Source: Cetorhinus maximus
Taxonomy: Eukaryota
Length of the DNA: 64,000 nucleotides
Direction of reading: 5' to 3'
Assembly (NCBI RefSeq): GCF_964194155.1
Contig: NC_135881.1
Location: 136,214,001 to 136,278,000 of the forward strand
The translations under genes were made by a program, and so were the position numbers. Positions 37,673 through 51,392 of the stretch are shown here, piece by piece (positions within the stretch are counted from its first letter, which is position 1; every line of letters starts with the position of its first letter). The notes beneath the pieces were generated by a model, which worked only from the letters and a program-made list of their open reading frames with translations, made no database searches and had not been told where the DNA came from.

Positions 37673-37731
37673 AGGAACCTTCGTTTTTCATACAAGAAGT
37701 TGGAGTTCAGAAGCAGTGACAAAACATCTCA
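37673..37731 (+). repeat. Truncated, internally deleted Gypsy 3' LTR
   Basis: aggaaccttcgtttttcatacaagaagttggagttcagaagcag-tgacaaaacatctca matches the 5' LTR with a ~33 bp gap. Confidence 0.85.
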
Positions 37732-38204
37732 GTATTCCATCACACTCCTGATTTGTGCCTTGAAGATGGTGGACAGACTTTGGGGAGTCAGGAGGTGAGT
37801 CACTCACGGTAGAATTTCCAACCTCTCTTCTGCTCTTGTAGCCACAATATTTATATGGCTGGTTCAGTTCAGTTTTTGGTCAATGCTAACCCCTAGGATG
37901 TTGATAGTGGGAGATTCAGCATGATGGTAATGCCATTGAATGTCAAGGGAAGATTGCTAGATTCTTTTGGAGATGATCATTACCTGGCACTTGCACGGTG
38001 CAAATTTTACTTGCCACTTATCTGTCCAAGCCTTAATGTTGTCCAGGTCTTGCTGCATGTAGACATGGACTGCTTCAGTATCTGAGGAGTTGTGAATGGT
38101 GCTGAACATTGTGCAATCATCAGCAAACGTTCCCACTTCTGACCTTATGATTAGGGAAGGTCATTGATGAAGCAGCTGAAGATGGTTGGGCCTAGGACAC
38201 TACC

Positions 38205-38381
38205 CAATTTTAACCCAACTCACCAGGTGGAAACCCATGACAACAGGTGAAACAGTAATTTTACACCCTGCACACTGTTACTGATTGTCTTCAATGGACA
38301 ATAAGATCTACAGAGTATAAAACCAACATGGTTTGAGTACAATCAGTTTCCCAATTGACAGGATAGGTTAAAATTGCTCCC
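38205..38381. mobile_element. Short palindromic MITE
   Basis: Inverted termini caattttaacc...ggttaaaattg. Confidence 0.55.
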
Positions 38382-38689
38382 TTTGGATAGGGTGTAAATC
38401 AGCATTTCACCTGAGCCCACAGGTTCCCCATTTGGCGAGTTAGGACAAAATTGCCCCCATTCTCCGCACACAAAGCCTTCACAGTGTAGGTGGAGATGGA
38501 AAGACCACCAATGGAAAAGTTAACTGAAAGTCCTACAAGGTATTTCTTACCTTGATGCATCCCTAGTGCTAGTCGAAATTCTCTTTCACCTGCTATAGTG
38601 TTCCTATAAAGTGGATCCGATGGCTTCAACATGGGATTTGATAAACTACTGTGGTACATTCAGTGGTTCAGGAGGTTTAGAAGCTGAGG

Positions 38690-39530
38690 TCTGAGGTGTT
38701 CAGCTCCATTCACAATTCCTCAGATAATGGAGCAGTGTATACCCATATACAGCTAGACCTGAATAGCATCCAGGCTTGGGCATTAAGTGGCAAGTAACAT
38801 CTGTGTTACATCAAGTGCCAAGCAATAACTGTGTCCAGAAAAATAAAGTTGAACCAACTACCCTTGATATTCAATGGCATTACCATTGTCAAATCCCCCA
38901 CCATCAACATCCTGAGGATCACCATGGACCAGAAATTCAACCAGACCAGCAATATAAATCTTTTGATTACTAGAGCAGGTTGAAGGCTGGGTGGTTCACT
39001 ACCTGATTTCCCAAAGCCTCTCCATCACCCACAAGGCACAGGTCAGGAGTGTGATGGAATACTCTCCATTTGACTGGATAATTGCAGCTCCATCAACACC
39101 ATCAAGGACAAAGCAGTCTTACTTGATTGCCATCCATCCATCACATAAACATCTACTCCCATCACTACCACTGGCATTTGGTGGGTGCAGTGTATACCAT
39201 CCATAAGATGCACTGCCACAACTTGCCAAAGCTTTTTAACTGTATATTCCATACCCATGACTTCCACTATGTAGGTTAAAAGCAGCAGGTGCGTGGAAAT
39301 ACCATGATCTCCAAGATGCCCTTTAAGCCTCACACCATCTTGACAGACATATATTGCTGTTGTTTCATCATTGTTAAGTTAAAATCGAACAATCCCCTAC
39401 CTTAAAGCACAGAGTAGTGGACTGCAATGGTTTAAGAACACTCATCACGACCTTCTCATGGCCAACTATAAATTGACATTAATGCCTGCCTTCATTGCAA
39501 GGCACATATCCTGAGAATGAATTTTTAAAA
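38690..39530 (+). mobile_element. Old 3' fragment of the tRNA-headed LINE family
   Basis: HKAQVRSVMEYSPFDW motif and a degenerate tail. Confidence 0.8.
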
Positions 39531-39534
39531 AAAG

Positions 39535-40730
39535 GAAGGAAAGGTTTATGAAGGGGAGTGAGTTCCCCTGCCCTATCCTACATTGAGATAGAGATTGTTA
39601 CCAAAGATGAGGAGTAGGTTGGTGCAAAAACTAAAGTAGAATAGGAATGAGGATATCTTATGCTGGTGGAGCTGGGAGGCAGCAGACCAGGAAGATTTTA
39701 AAAATGTGGAATAGCCTGAAGTGCTTGTAGGTCTAGGTGCCAGAGGAGTAGAGGAACAGACAGTGAAAAGAGCCACACCATCATTGCAATGGTCTTGGTG
39801 GAACAGAATATATTGGCAGGCAGAGAAGTTACGGTAAGATGTAAGGTGTTGCCATCCATAATCCAAAGCCAGGGTGTCAATTAAGAGTATTTTCTGAAAA
39901 TGAATATAATTTCTGAAGGGATGCCTGGAGAGGGATGATAATTATTAATACAGTACTGGAGTTCAAGGGCATAGTGGTGGCTGGAATGAGAAAGGTGAAA
40001 AGAATATTAGTGAGCTTCGCCCTCAGCCGTCACATCGGCCGGGAAGGTCAAAGAGAGAATGAAAGGAATTTCTGCTCAAAAAGTGGCAGTATCCTAAAGT
40101 ATGGCAAGAAGCAAAGAGTGAAGCCATAGACTTATTCAAGGGAGATTGAAGCCTGGGATGACATCAGGAGAATAAGAAGGCAAAGCAGTGGTGATGGGTT
40201 GGGCCGTCGATTAACAGCAGGAAAGTTACTGAGTTGGGAAAAATGCAAATTGTCAAGGGTGGGTGACCGGAAGAGGAGAGGACAGAAGAGAAAGAGCCAA
40301 GACAGGCAAAAAGGGATCCATAAATATTAGGCTTAGGCTTGACATGTAAATAGACAGAGGGCATTTGAATTAGATGGTCTGACCACAAATAGAGAACATG
40401 GAGCAGACAATGAGAACCTGAAGCGAGATGAAGTCAACTTGTAAATGGTATAGAGTCAGCTTGCAGCATCTACGTACCAGTGTCCAGATTCAGAAGCAGT
40501 TGTGGAGAAGGATGCAGCAAATAGTCTGGTATATATTGTCCAATGAAATCAGTGGATGGAGCTGGAAAATCATCCATGAGCTACCAGAGATTGATTGTGA
40601 TGTTCATCCTAGATGTGATGTGGTTTCAGGTGTTAACAGTGCACAACAGCAGATCTGGTAGGCCAGCAGTGGAACCAGAAGCAGTGGGAGTGAAACCAAG
40701 GACCAAGAGATGTACTGTGATAGTAAATGC
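39535..40730 (-). mobile_element. Degenerate L2 LINE
   Basis: Purine-rich plus strand, as expected for an antisense L2 ORF2, with remnants of RT/linker motifs. Confidence 0.5.
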
Positions 40731-41699
40731 ATTTCAAATCTAAATATGAATATCGATTATGGTAATATGTAAAAAGTGAAACATTTCAGCATCATCTCAC
40801 AAATTATCTCTTTAAATATCATGCATTTTTGATTTTTAGAAATCTAATTGGCTTATGACAGCATTTGTTCCATTACCATTTTACAAATGAGTCAGCTTAG
40901 TGGGGATTAATACCATGCACTCAAACTCCTCCCAAATCCATTGCCTGTGATAAAAACAGCACATCATTGTCTTTCTCACTTGCTTGAGGAAAACTTAGAC
41001 ATGACGGTAGTTCTCTTTAAAAGCTACAATGTCACACAGTATAATTAAGGATTATAGTTACCAGAAATTAATAAAATTAAGCTGAAAAAAGAAAAGTAAG
41101 TAAATATAATTGGATTGAAAGATACTGACTGTTTTTGTTCTGATACATTTGGAAAGCCACTCATTAGGAGTTTCCAAACCAAACTACTGATTCATCCCCA
41201 TGAGTAGAGTTTCTATTCGTAGGCTTCAACCTGCTAGATAATCTTGAGTTGATTGAGAAAAGAGTTCCAGTCTCCAGTGAGGTTTAACATTCTTGGCTCT
41301 AGTAATGAGTCAGACCAGCTGGTTAATTACCAACAGCATTCTAGAGTACTCCAAAGTTTCTGGGATCAAGTATTGGATTGCTGGCAGTGTCATTTGGAGC
41401 CAACTCAACTGTAGAGAGAGGAAATTCACTAGTTAATTATTACACATTGAGAAATGTGCGTTTGAGCTTTCACTAGGCAGACAACAGAGTACCAGGAACC
41501 CCTCAACTGAGGAATGAGAAGGCGAGGAGAACACCTCATCATTAAATATGCAGTTGTGTTGGCACCATCCGCATGTTGCTGACATGCAGTTGACCAAATG
41601 CTCATACTGCTTTCAAATTATGGACTCTTACTTTGTGCAGTCATTTCCAGATAAGCTGAAGTAATGTAACTTCCTGATAATGTGTAAACACTGCGTTAT

Positions 41700-44600
41700 G
41701 AACATAAACATACGAATTAGGATAGGTTCTTGAGCCTGCCTTGCCATTCAATAGATCTGGCTTTAACCTCAACTCCACATTCCTGCCTACTTCCAATAAC
41801 CTTTCACCCCCTTATCAAAAATCTATCTAGCGCTGCCTTAAAAACATTCAAAGACTCCGCTTCCCCCACCTATTGGGGTAGAGTTCCAAAGACTCACGAC
41901 CCTCAGGAAAAAGATTCTCCTCATCTCTGTCCTAAATGGGTAACCCCTTATTTTAAACAGTGAGCCTTAGTTCTAGAATCTCCCATAAGAGGAAACATCC
42001 TCTCCACATCCAACCTGTCAAGATCCCTCAGGATTTTCAAGGTTTCCATCAAGTCACCTCTTACTCTTCTAAACTCCAGCAAATACAAGCCTAGCCTGTC
42101 CAACCTTTCCTCATAAGACAACCCACCCATTCCTGGTATTTGTCTAGTGAATCTTCTCTGAACTGCTACTAACACATTTACATCCTTCCTTAAATAAGGA
42201 GACCAGTACTGTACACAGTACTCTAGATGTGGTCTCACCAGTGCCTTGTATAGCTGAAGCATAATCTCCCTACTTTTGTATTCAAATCCCCTCGCAATAA
42301 ACAATAACATTCTATTAGCTTTCCAAATTCCTTGCTGTACCTGCATACTAGCCTTTTGTGATGCATGCACTAGGACACCCAGATCCCTCTGTATCTCAGA
42401 AGTCTGCAATCTCTCACCATTTAGATAAGATGCTTCTTTTTTATGGATCTTGGCCCACTCACTTAACCTATGACCCTTTGTAGCCTCCTATTTTCTCTTC
42501 ACAGCTTACTTTCCTACCTAGCTTTGTCTCATCAGCAAATTTAGCAATCATACCTTTGGTCCCTTCATCCAAGTCATTTATATAAATTGTAAAAAGTTGA
42601 GGCCCCAGCACTGATCCCTGTGGTACACCATTCATTACATCCTGCCAACCAGAAAAAGACCCATTTATGCCAACTGTGTCGTGTTAGCTAACCAATCTTC
42701 TATCCATGTCAATATGTTACCCCATATACCATGAACTTTTATTTTCCGCAATAGCCTTTGATGTGGTACCTTATCAAATGCCTTCTGGAAATCTAAGTGC
42801 AGTACATTGTGAAAAGCACAATGACTCCTTCAAAGAACTCCAATAAATTGATTAAACATGATTTCTCTGTTGACTCTGCTTGATTGCCTTGAATTTTTCT
42901 AAGTGTCCTGCTATCACATCTTTAATAATAGCTTCTAACATTTCCCTATGACAGATGTTAAGCTGACTGGCCTGTAGTTTCCTGCTTTCTTCTTCCCTTT
43001 TTGAATAAAGGAGTTACGTTCGCTTTTTTCCAATCAAATGGAACCTTCCCCAAATCTAGGAAATTTCAGAAATTTAAAACCAACGCATCAGCTATCTCAC
43101 TAACCACTTTTAAGACCTTAGGGTGAAGTCATCAGGACCCAGGGATTTGTCAGTCCGCAGCTCCAACAATTTGCTCAATACCACTTTCCTAGTGATGGTA
43201 ATGTTCCTGAGTTCCTCCCTCCCTTCCATTTCCTGATTTACAGCTATTTCTGGGGTGTAACTTGTATCTTCTATAGTGAAGACTGATGCAAAATATCTGT
43301 TCCATTCATCTGCCATCTCCTTACTTTACATTATTAATTCCCCAGCCTCACCGTCCATTGGGCCAAAACGCACTTTGTTAACTCTGTTCTTATTTAAATA
43401 TCTATGGATATTCTTAATATCCATCTTTATGTATCTAGCTAGTTTTCTCTCATACTCTAATCTTTCCCTCCTTATTAAACCTTTTCGTCATTCTTTGCTG
43501 TTCTTTATATTCTGTTCAGTCTTCTGACCTGCCATGTGCCTTTGCACAATTATATGCTTTTTCTTTAAGTTTGATACTGTCTTTAACTTTTTTATTTAAT
43601 CACAATCATAATATGATTGAATTTTACATTCAGTTTGAGGGACAGTGTTTTTTTTTAATTAACCACAGATGGTGGAATTTTTCTCTCTGTGGATTTTATC
43701 TATTTTCTGAAATACTCCTTTAAATGTCTGCCACTGCATCTCTAATGACCTATCCCTTAACCTCATTTGCCAGTTGACTTTAGCTAGCTCTACTTTCATG
43801 CCTCCATAATTGCCCTTATTTAAGATTAAAATACTAGGCTTGGACCCACTCTTCTCTCCCTCAAAATGAATGTAAAATTCAAACATCATATGATCACTGC
43901 TACCTAGGGATGCCTTCACTATGAGGTTATCAATTAATCCTACCTCGTTGCACAATACCAGGTCTAGTATAGCCTGCTCTCTGGTTGGCTCCAGAATGTA
44001 CTGTTCTATGAACCTATCCCAAAAACATTCTATTAACGCATTTAGGCTACCATTGTCCATCTGATTTTTCCAGTCTATATATAGATTAAAATCCCTCATG
44101 ATTATCGCTGTACCTTTCTGACAAGCTCCCACTATCTCTTCCTTTATAACCTGTCCTATTGTGTAGCTACAATTAGCGAACCTGTACACAACTTCCACAA
44201 GTGACTTCTTGCCTTTATCATTCTCATCTCAACCTAAACCTCTTCTACATCCTGGTTTCCTGAACTTATGTCATCCCTCTCTAATGTGCTAATACCATCA
44301 GTAAATTAACAGAAACACCCCTTCATCTTTTCCTAACTTACTATGCTTCCTAAATGTCATGTACCCTTCAATATTCAGGTCCCAATCTGTCATCCTGCAG
44401 CCATTTGTTTTGAATGCTATGTGCATTCAGATACAGAGCCTTTAGTTTTGCCCTTTTATTATTTTTTTGTTGCATCTAATCTTATCTGATGATTTACTTT
44501 TAGATTAGTACTCTCTGTCCCTTCCTGTCATGGTCTGTTTATCATTTCCCATATGAGTACCTTTCTCTCTTGCCTTTTTTCTACTCTTTAGTTCACCACA

Positions 44601-44700
44601 AGTTCCCAAATTTGATCCCTTGCCCCCACTATTTAGTTTAAAACCCTTTCTACTTCCCTAATTGTGCAGCTCACGAGAACACCCGCCCCAGCACTAATCA
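41700..44700 (-). mobile_element. CR1 LINE (APE plus RT, end of ORF1), decayed
   Basis: PTREQAILDLVLCN, GSSDHMMFEF and LYKALVRPHLEYCVQYWSPY. Confidence 0.92.
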
Positions 44701-44794
44701 GACAGAATTTAAAACCACACTGTTGCAGCTTAACTAATCACATCTATTAGCTATTAATTTTTTACTCTACCATATTGAACATATAGGAACGACA

Positions 44795-45058
44795 GTTTTA
44801 AAGATTTGTCTGTACAATTTCATACTAAGTGCTCTTCTAATTTATTTTGGCTTTTACAGCTGTAGCAAACCTCGTTTCATGTAGGAAAGAAAAAAGTAGG
44901 TGGTATATATAATCTGTGGATGTTTTAAAAGATTTGCCCGTACAATTTCATACTAAATGCTCTTCTAATCTATTTTGGCTTTTACAGCTGTAGCAAACCT
45001 CGTTTCATGTAGGAAAGGAAAAAGTAGGAAGTATATATAATCTGTGGACGTTTTAAAA
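44795..45058. repeat. Tandem duplication of a ~128-bp unit
   Basis: Units start at 44795 and 44922 with a few substitutions; a third start at 45050. Confidence 0.95.
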
Positions 45059-45109
45059 TAGCTAAGGATGAAGTTTATAGACTTGACATGTAACAGATCC
45101 AACCAATGC

Positions 45110-45650
45110 AGAGCATGAATAAACAAAGCCAACAGAACACTGAACTACATAGGCAACACAAGTCAGAAAAAATTATGTCCAAACTATGCAGTACTCAAGT
45201 CAGGCCACACTTTTGAGCACTGCATACAAATCAAGTTGCTGAGACATACGAGAGACATTCAAGTGCTGGAGACATTGCAGAGATTGATCACAAGGGTAGT
45301 GTTAAAGGTTTGAATTATGAGGAAAGACTAAAATTTGCAGCCTGGAAAGGAGAGATCTAAGAGATAATCTTAGAAGTATATAAGTAAAATAGATTTAAAA
45401 AGATAATACTTTAAGTTGAGAGAGCCTAACAAAGGGACATGGATTCAAACTAATAAAAAATATATTTAGGATTGCTATCTGGAAGTGCATTACATCAAGC
45501 GAGCAACATGTGCAATACACTTCCGAACAGAGTAGTCAAGGCAAACACCCTGGCACTTAAGAAAAAAATTGAATGTGACATTTGGTGGACTAGAGGAACT
45601 CCCTGGGTGGATGAATTAAGTTAGCCAAATTATCTTCCTCATCTATAATT
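45110..45650 (+). mobile_element. Old CR1 3' fragment
   Basis: KANRTLNYI..., VRPH, DIQVLETLQR remnants. Confidence 0.6.
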
Positions 45651-46386
45651 AATTATCTTGGCAACAATTAACACTAGAAACAATGTATTAAATTACGTTC
45701 ATAAACAAGAAAGACAAAGTTATTCCATCTAACTGAATTTTGTTGTCATGGCAGGGTGAGGGGGAAGGAGGTAAAAATCACCAGTCGGAGTTTGTTTTAG
45801 TATTTTCTACTGTGAGAAAGCTCTTCTTGAACATATTTAAATATACTCTGGCAGTGTTTTATGTAAAAAAAATCTAGTGAAAAAAAAGTAAAAGGAGTGT
45901 GCAGTTCACTGGTAAAGCAGATTGGATTAATATTTTGTTCACCCAATCCTCTGTTTTATACCACAAACACGCAACTAAGTCTTCGGCAATGCACAATTGA
46001 AAGAACAGTGCACCTTTTCAAAATGAACATCAACAATCAATCAATCAGTAATGGACTTGCGATTCCAAAACCCCCTCTATCTCGACAACTGTCATATAAT
46101 TATGATTGATGTTAATGTCCACAGAAATGTCTGCACTTACTGAGTGGATGCTTAAGGTAAAACATTTAAAATGGGAGGTAAATATGCCATCCAATGAGCA
46201 ATTCATCCAGTCATCTTTTAGAATATGTCAGGTTTGTCTTCTTAAAAAAAAACTTTTGAAAAGAGACTTCGTATATCAGGCTTACTTTTCAATGGAGTGA
46301 TTATTTTTTTCCTTTGAAAAATAAACCTTTGAAATCACAAATGCAGCGTCCTCATATGCTGGCAGGGAACAGAGCCATTAAATGAT

Positions 46387-46545
46387 TTACAGCTCATCGT
46401 GTTTATATGTAAATTCTCTGGCAGAAATATATCCATCTTCGTCTTCATCTTCATTTTTAAAGATGTCTCTAACCATAGACTCCTGCTGGGTGTCATTTTG
46501 TGGAACTCCAAATTTGTCGAATTCTCTGCGGAGGTACTCTTTCAC
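46387..46545 (-). CDS. FKBP14: FKBP14 last coding exon (EF-hand 2, ER retention KHDEL, stop)
   Basis: VKEYLRREFDKFGVPQNDTQQESMVRDIFKNEDEDEDGYISAREFTYKHDEL*, 159 nt, preceded by a ttag acceptor. Confidence 0.97.
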   Translation of the reverse strand: MKEYLRREFDKFGVPQNDTQQESMVRDIFKNEDEDEDGYISAREFTYKHDEL

Positions 46546-46959
46546 CTAATTTGCAAAGATAGCCCAGGATTAATTTAGCAGAAAGGAACATTCAAAGGCA
46601 TATATAATAAAGTGTAGGAAGTTTATATGTTAAAAATATTGTAATACTAGGGAGATAGAAATGGAATTAAAACTAAACAAAATTTAAATGTGAAGTATTT
46701 TACATAATAAAAAACGTTAGGCATCCACATTCATAAGCTTTACTTGTTGGAAGATCTTGCTCTTTAGGCAGGTATTTATCAAGTTATTTAAAAATTATTC
46801 TGGTTGGGTAAATGTGTATGTGTGTGTGCAGGCAGACACTAAGTGATCCTGATGTGCTTGCTGGATTCTTAAACTATTGACACCAAGTTTGTGGATCTGG
46901 GAAGCTCTTTTGTAATGTAATAATGAGTGCGTGGTGCAATAAGGGCCCCATTAATGGCA

Positions 46960-47088
46960 CTTACACCACATGTACTGCAGCAGTTCAAGAAGTTAGCTCA
47001 CTACCGCTTTCTCAGGGGCAATTAGGGATGGGCAATAAATGCTGGCCTGGCCAACGACACCCACATCCCATGAGTGAATAAAATAAAA
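46960..47088 (+). mobile_element. 3' tail of the tRNA-headed LINE/SINE family in an FKBP14 intron
   Basis: gggcaattagggatgggcaataaatgctggcc...cccacatcccatgagtgaataaaa. Confidence 0.8.
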
Positions 47089-48399
47089 ATGACTGAAAGC
47101 CTGAAATTTTGCAATTAAACAATATTTTCTAGTTGTTTATTGAGGGAGACTCTATACTCAAAATAATAAACAATATCATTGAGGAAAAAAGGACAGTTTT
47201 GCAAGGAAACCATTTTAAAATGGCCAGAATAAGTCCACCTACATTAAATATTGCTCATTTACAGTTAAGTTGCTGCATAAACAATATGTTTTAGTCCAAC
47301 AAAAGCAAGCAATGGATTTGATTGTCAGAATGAAATGTGACAAGTAGTTCATGCAAGATACAGGGAAGCATCTAGCAAACAGTGACCACAACATTATTAG
47401 GTTCAATATAACAACTGACAAGGACAGATGACAAAGTTAAAAGTACTTGAGTTTTGATAAACCACCTTTAATTAAATAAAAAAGGGAACTAGCCCAGATA
47501 AACTGGAAATAAAAAAACTAGCAGTTAAGTTAGTACAGATACAATGGGAAATACTGAAACACAAAATGTTAAGGGACAGATGAAGATATATTGTCACAAA
47601 GAAGAAATTGTAATGTAGCAAAAGGAGTTCCTTCAATAAGTACAGAAATTGAAATTAGACTCATAAACAAGGCACATGACAAATCTGAAGTCGATGATAG
47701 ATAAGAAAAAACTGAACAGAAACGCTGAAGGGAAACAAAAAAGAGTTTAGAAAGGCTGGCGAGAAACCCAATAACCTGGATTTTATGATAGAAAAAGCAG
47801 TGAGGGTACCAGCATTCGCTGTTATTTTGGAGTAAATCGGACAACAATTTCTAGCTTCTGCACATGCACAGTTAAATGCAAAAATTGAGGAGTTGCTGTC
47901 TGATTTTCTTTTGTTTTCTACCAGCTTCACTACAACGGTACATCATTGATAGATTCGGCATTAAAATATAGGAAATGCATGAACTTGCGGTACTTACCCA
48001 CTAGCTTCCCACTAAACATGCCAGCAAAAAAATTAAGGCAAGGCTGCTGCATTCAGAAGTAATTGATTTTTTAATGGTATAATAAGTCTTAATTCTACCA
48101 AACAAGCTCTCTGGTCTTAAATTTAATTTTAAAATCTGGGGTCATATTCCTTCCAAGTTTAATTATTGGTGGAGAATTTTTTTAAAAATTAAAATTTACA
48201 TTTTAAAAAATGCTCTGTTCTTTAACTATCTTTCTTGATTACATCTTTCTTTCCCACTCTTTTTTTGCTTTTGTACATTTTATATTGAATCAAATGTTAT
48301 AATTTATTTTTCCTGGTTTTAGACACTTCGGTGTAATTTTGATTTTAATTTTAATCTGGAGAGTAGAGAATATTTATCTATAAATAAAAATAGGCTTAC

Positions 48400-48527
48400 C
48401 TCTTGTCTGGACAATTTCCAGTCATCGTTGAGGTCCATCTCCTGGAATGAGTCATGAGACCGTGGCCCATTTTTGATCTCAAGAAGTTCAATTTCAAATG
48501 TCAAAGTGCTTTCAGGTGGAATTTTTC
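48400..48527 (-). CDS. FKBP14: FKBP14 coding exon 3 (end of PPIase domain, EF-hand 1)
   Basis: (G)KIPPESTLTFEIELLEIKNGPRSHDSFQEMDLNDDWKLSRQE, 128 nt, cag acceptor, GTAAGC donor, phases fit the neighbouring exons. Confidence 0.97.
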
Positions 48528-50058
48528 CTGTATTAACATATTTATTTTAGTTGCAAAACAGAATACTTGTGTACAAAATTAAACAATGTCATGACTTTTC
48601 AGAATTTTCCTGAAATGATCACTTCCACCTCACCATTTCTGCCAAATAAAGGCCTGATAATTTCTGTCCTGCATCACTGATCACATGGTTGACATAAACA
48701 TCAAGATATACTTGGAAACAAACTAAAATGTGGGGATAAATTTTGCTGCCAACTGTTATACTATACACAATTAAATTGTAATGTTATTTACTTACTTTTT
48801 AAATTGTTTTTGTGAAAAATGAAACATTTCAGATTTTGGGCACCCAGTGTTAGTACCAAGCACTCCCAAGAGATACAGCATGACTAGATATGGAGTACAG
48901 CTTCCTCAACTCTGCCCCAGTAGCATGAGAGCACCTGCAATATCATTTTTCCATTTCTCTCTCAGCCACACTGCGCGAGTTGGTCAGTTTATTGCTGAAT
49001 TAGCGGTGGTTTTGTATTGTCAAGTCATGCCCATTGGTAACTGGATCAAAATTGGTCAAACTCATTTAATGAACAAGACTAACAGGCAGCAGAGAGTGAA
49101 GATTTGCATTCTATTATTCTCGCTAAATTTGAACTTCAGGCCGAGGAGTAACTGTTAATTGTACTCCCGCAGAAGTCAACCTTTGCCACATTTTGCAGTC
49201 TCTCCTGAATTGTGTGAGTGCTCAGGATGGGTACTAGTAACATGAGCATCTGTTGGCGATATGTAATTACAGACCTCCGAGTCCAGTGGCAGGATAGTGC
49301 CACAATAAATTTTTGGGGCCATTGACTCCTTGCTGGGCACTGGAGTACCATTTTCAAATGGCTAATTTTCACGTGTGATTCTTGCCAATGAGAATTGGAA
49401 GCTCAGGAAAAAACACAGTTAAGCCTAATGTTTTCGACATCCAATATTCAATGTTTATCTTAACAACCCTTCATATTCCTAACATACACTGACATCTAGA
49501 GATTATGTGGGTCTCAGCTGTTGAGGGTAAAGGGATAACAAGAGTTTGAATCAGACTAAGATTTAGAGTAGATTTAGACTATCACCACATATGTACTCTG
49601 GGACAAATCTTGCCAGGTTGCATATCACCAAGCAGTCAATCATTAGTCACTGATTAGGATAGATGGAATGATTCCATTATGGTATCCCTTTCACTCACTT
49701 GCAGCCAACCTTACCAGAAAGTAAAACTGACAACAGCCAAAATCAGCATGCAAAGGTCATCGGGTAACGGAAATTTCAATTCAAGGATATGCATTGAGTA
49801 TGCATGACCATGTTAGCTGTTAACCAAAGAGAGCATGGAATGGTTAGTAATTTGATAATAAAATCATTAACAATTTTCATATTAGCAATTATTTAGTACA
49901 TTAGTTGAAAAAGATGAAAAAAGGTAGATGCAGGATATTTTGGTAGTCATATTAAATGCCTACACAAGCACAACATTTGGTTTTGTTCCTTGTACATATT
50001 ACCTGCACCAAAAGCAATTAGAGCTCAAAACTGCAGAATGACTTTCCTGAAGAGCATA

Positions 50059-50879
50059 TGTGTGCTGTGTCATCTCTTATGTCAAATGTTACTCTTTTAA
50101 TTTAAAATGAGGCAGAATGTCCTAGAATGGGGGAAATGTGACCTCCTATGAAATCTGCCCAGAGACAAGCCAATGTGTGACTCGGTTGTCATGGGAAGGG
50201 AGGCCCAGGTCAAAACATATTGAAAGTAAGATGCAAGTTTTAACAACTCGTCACAAAGGAGGTGACAGCTAGTCTTGCTGCACACAGACTCTCAGACAGA
50301 GAGATTTGGGAAAGAAGACTGAAAATAGGTGCTGCAATGCAGCAGAGGAGAAGGACTGTTTTTGTGTTAACCACCAAGCAGAGTTCTGGTGAGGATGGAT
50401 TCCCTGTTTGAAGAGGGTGAAGAGGTGAGGCTGTGGAGATTTGAAGACCAAGGAATCACCAGAGAGTGCCTTGCTACTGCAGTCAATTTGATTATGCTCA
50501 GAAGATTTAGTGAAGGAACTATTTTAAAAAGGACACTGGAAGACTCACCCTGGTCAGGTAGGGAGAATAGATCCTGTTGAAGTTGGGAGGAGCTTGGGGC
50601 TTGATATACAAGACTACATCTCTGCTATGAGTGGTGTATTAGTTGCCTAATATAAATGTGGCATGTAGTTTTCAGTTGTGTTAAGAAATTAATGGGCAGT
50701 GCCTTTTCTGTAGTTTAGAGTATTAGTTGCCTACTAAGTAATGTTTTGTCGATGTTGATTTTAGTTTGTTACAGCAGAAGTCTTAAAATGTGAAATCTTG
50801 CCTTGCGATCCTTTGCATTGGTCACTGGAAAATTCATAATTCTTTTTCAAAGTTAACAGTTCCTAAGGGGATCGTAACA
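50059..50879 (+). mobile_element. Solo LTR in FKBP14 intron 2
   Basis: TG...TAACA termini, near-TSD cata/caaa, homologous to 59428-60281. Confidence 0.65.
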
Positions 50880-51392
50880 CAAAGCAGTTGATCATGAGTC
50901 CCGAGTAGACTGATGCTTGCCTTTTCATACTTGACATGTAACTATGACATAACTGGGACTATTGAACTCCCATACTTTTTCATTTCTTGTACACCCCAAT
51001 TTACCCACCCCAACTGTTGTGCTTATATTACTGAATGGCAGCTAAAATCAACTGGGTTGGATATGAGATGGCTCACTGTAAAATATGTTAAATACAAAGC
51101 ACTAAAACACACAAGTTTAGGTGCAGTAAAACTCATGTACGTTGAAAGATTGTTAAGAACAATAAAGATTCAGCTGTGCAATCAATGTAATTTCAGCAAT
51201 GTTCATCTTGCGCAATTATCTCAAAGTATTTGGTATCAATCAACATATATACTAGATAAGATATCATTTGCAAAATACTTCCTGAATTGGTGGTTAAGTA
51301 TACAGAAAATATATTAAGACTGTGCAATAAAAAGAATGGATTAAGCATTTAAAAAAAAATCTCATTTGTGTAGTTAACTCTGGGTGCAATAC

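Larger units (their letters stand above)
33787..37731 (+). mobile_element. Ty3/Gypsy (Mag-like) LTR retrotransposon, decayed gag-pol
   Basis: gag (ERFKFHRREQ...LRKLAEHCDF...LCDRLVCGL, degenerate zinc knuckles), protease (MEVDAGASVS), RT (RMCGDYK, FTKLDLSQAF), RNase H (CDASGYGVGAVI) and integrase (WQRLHVDFAGP, VSDNGTQF). TSD GTATT at 33782-33786 and 37732-37736. Confidence 0.95.
33300..38205 (-). mobile_element. 3' ~1 kb of the tRNA-headed LINE family, split by the Gypsy insertion
   Basis: Same tail at 33300-33370. Host sequence ...gtggag.gtatt | gtattccatcacactcctg is continuous across the insertion. Confidence 0.85.
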
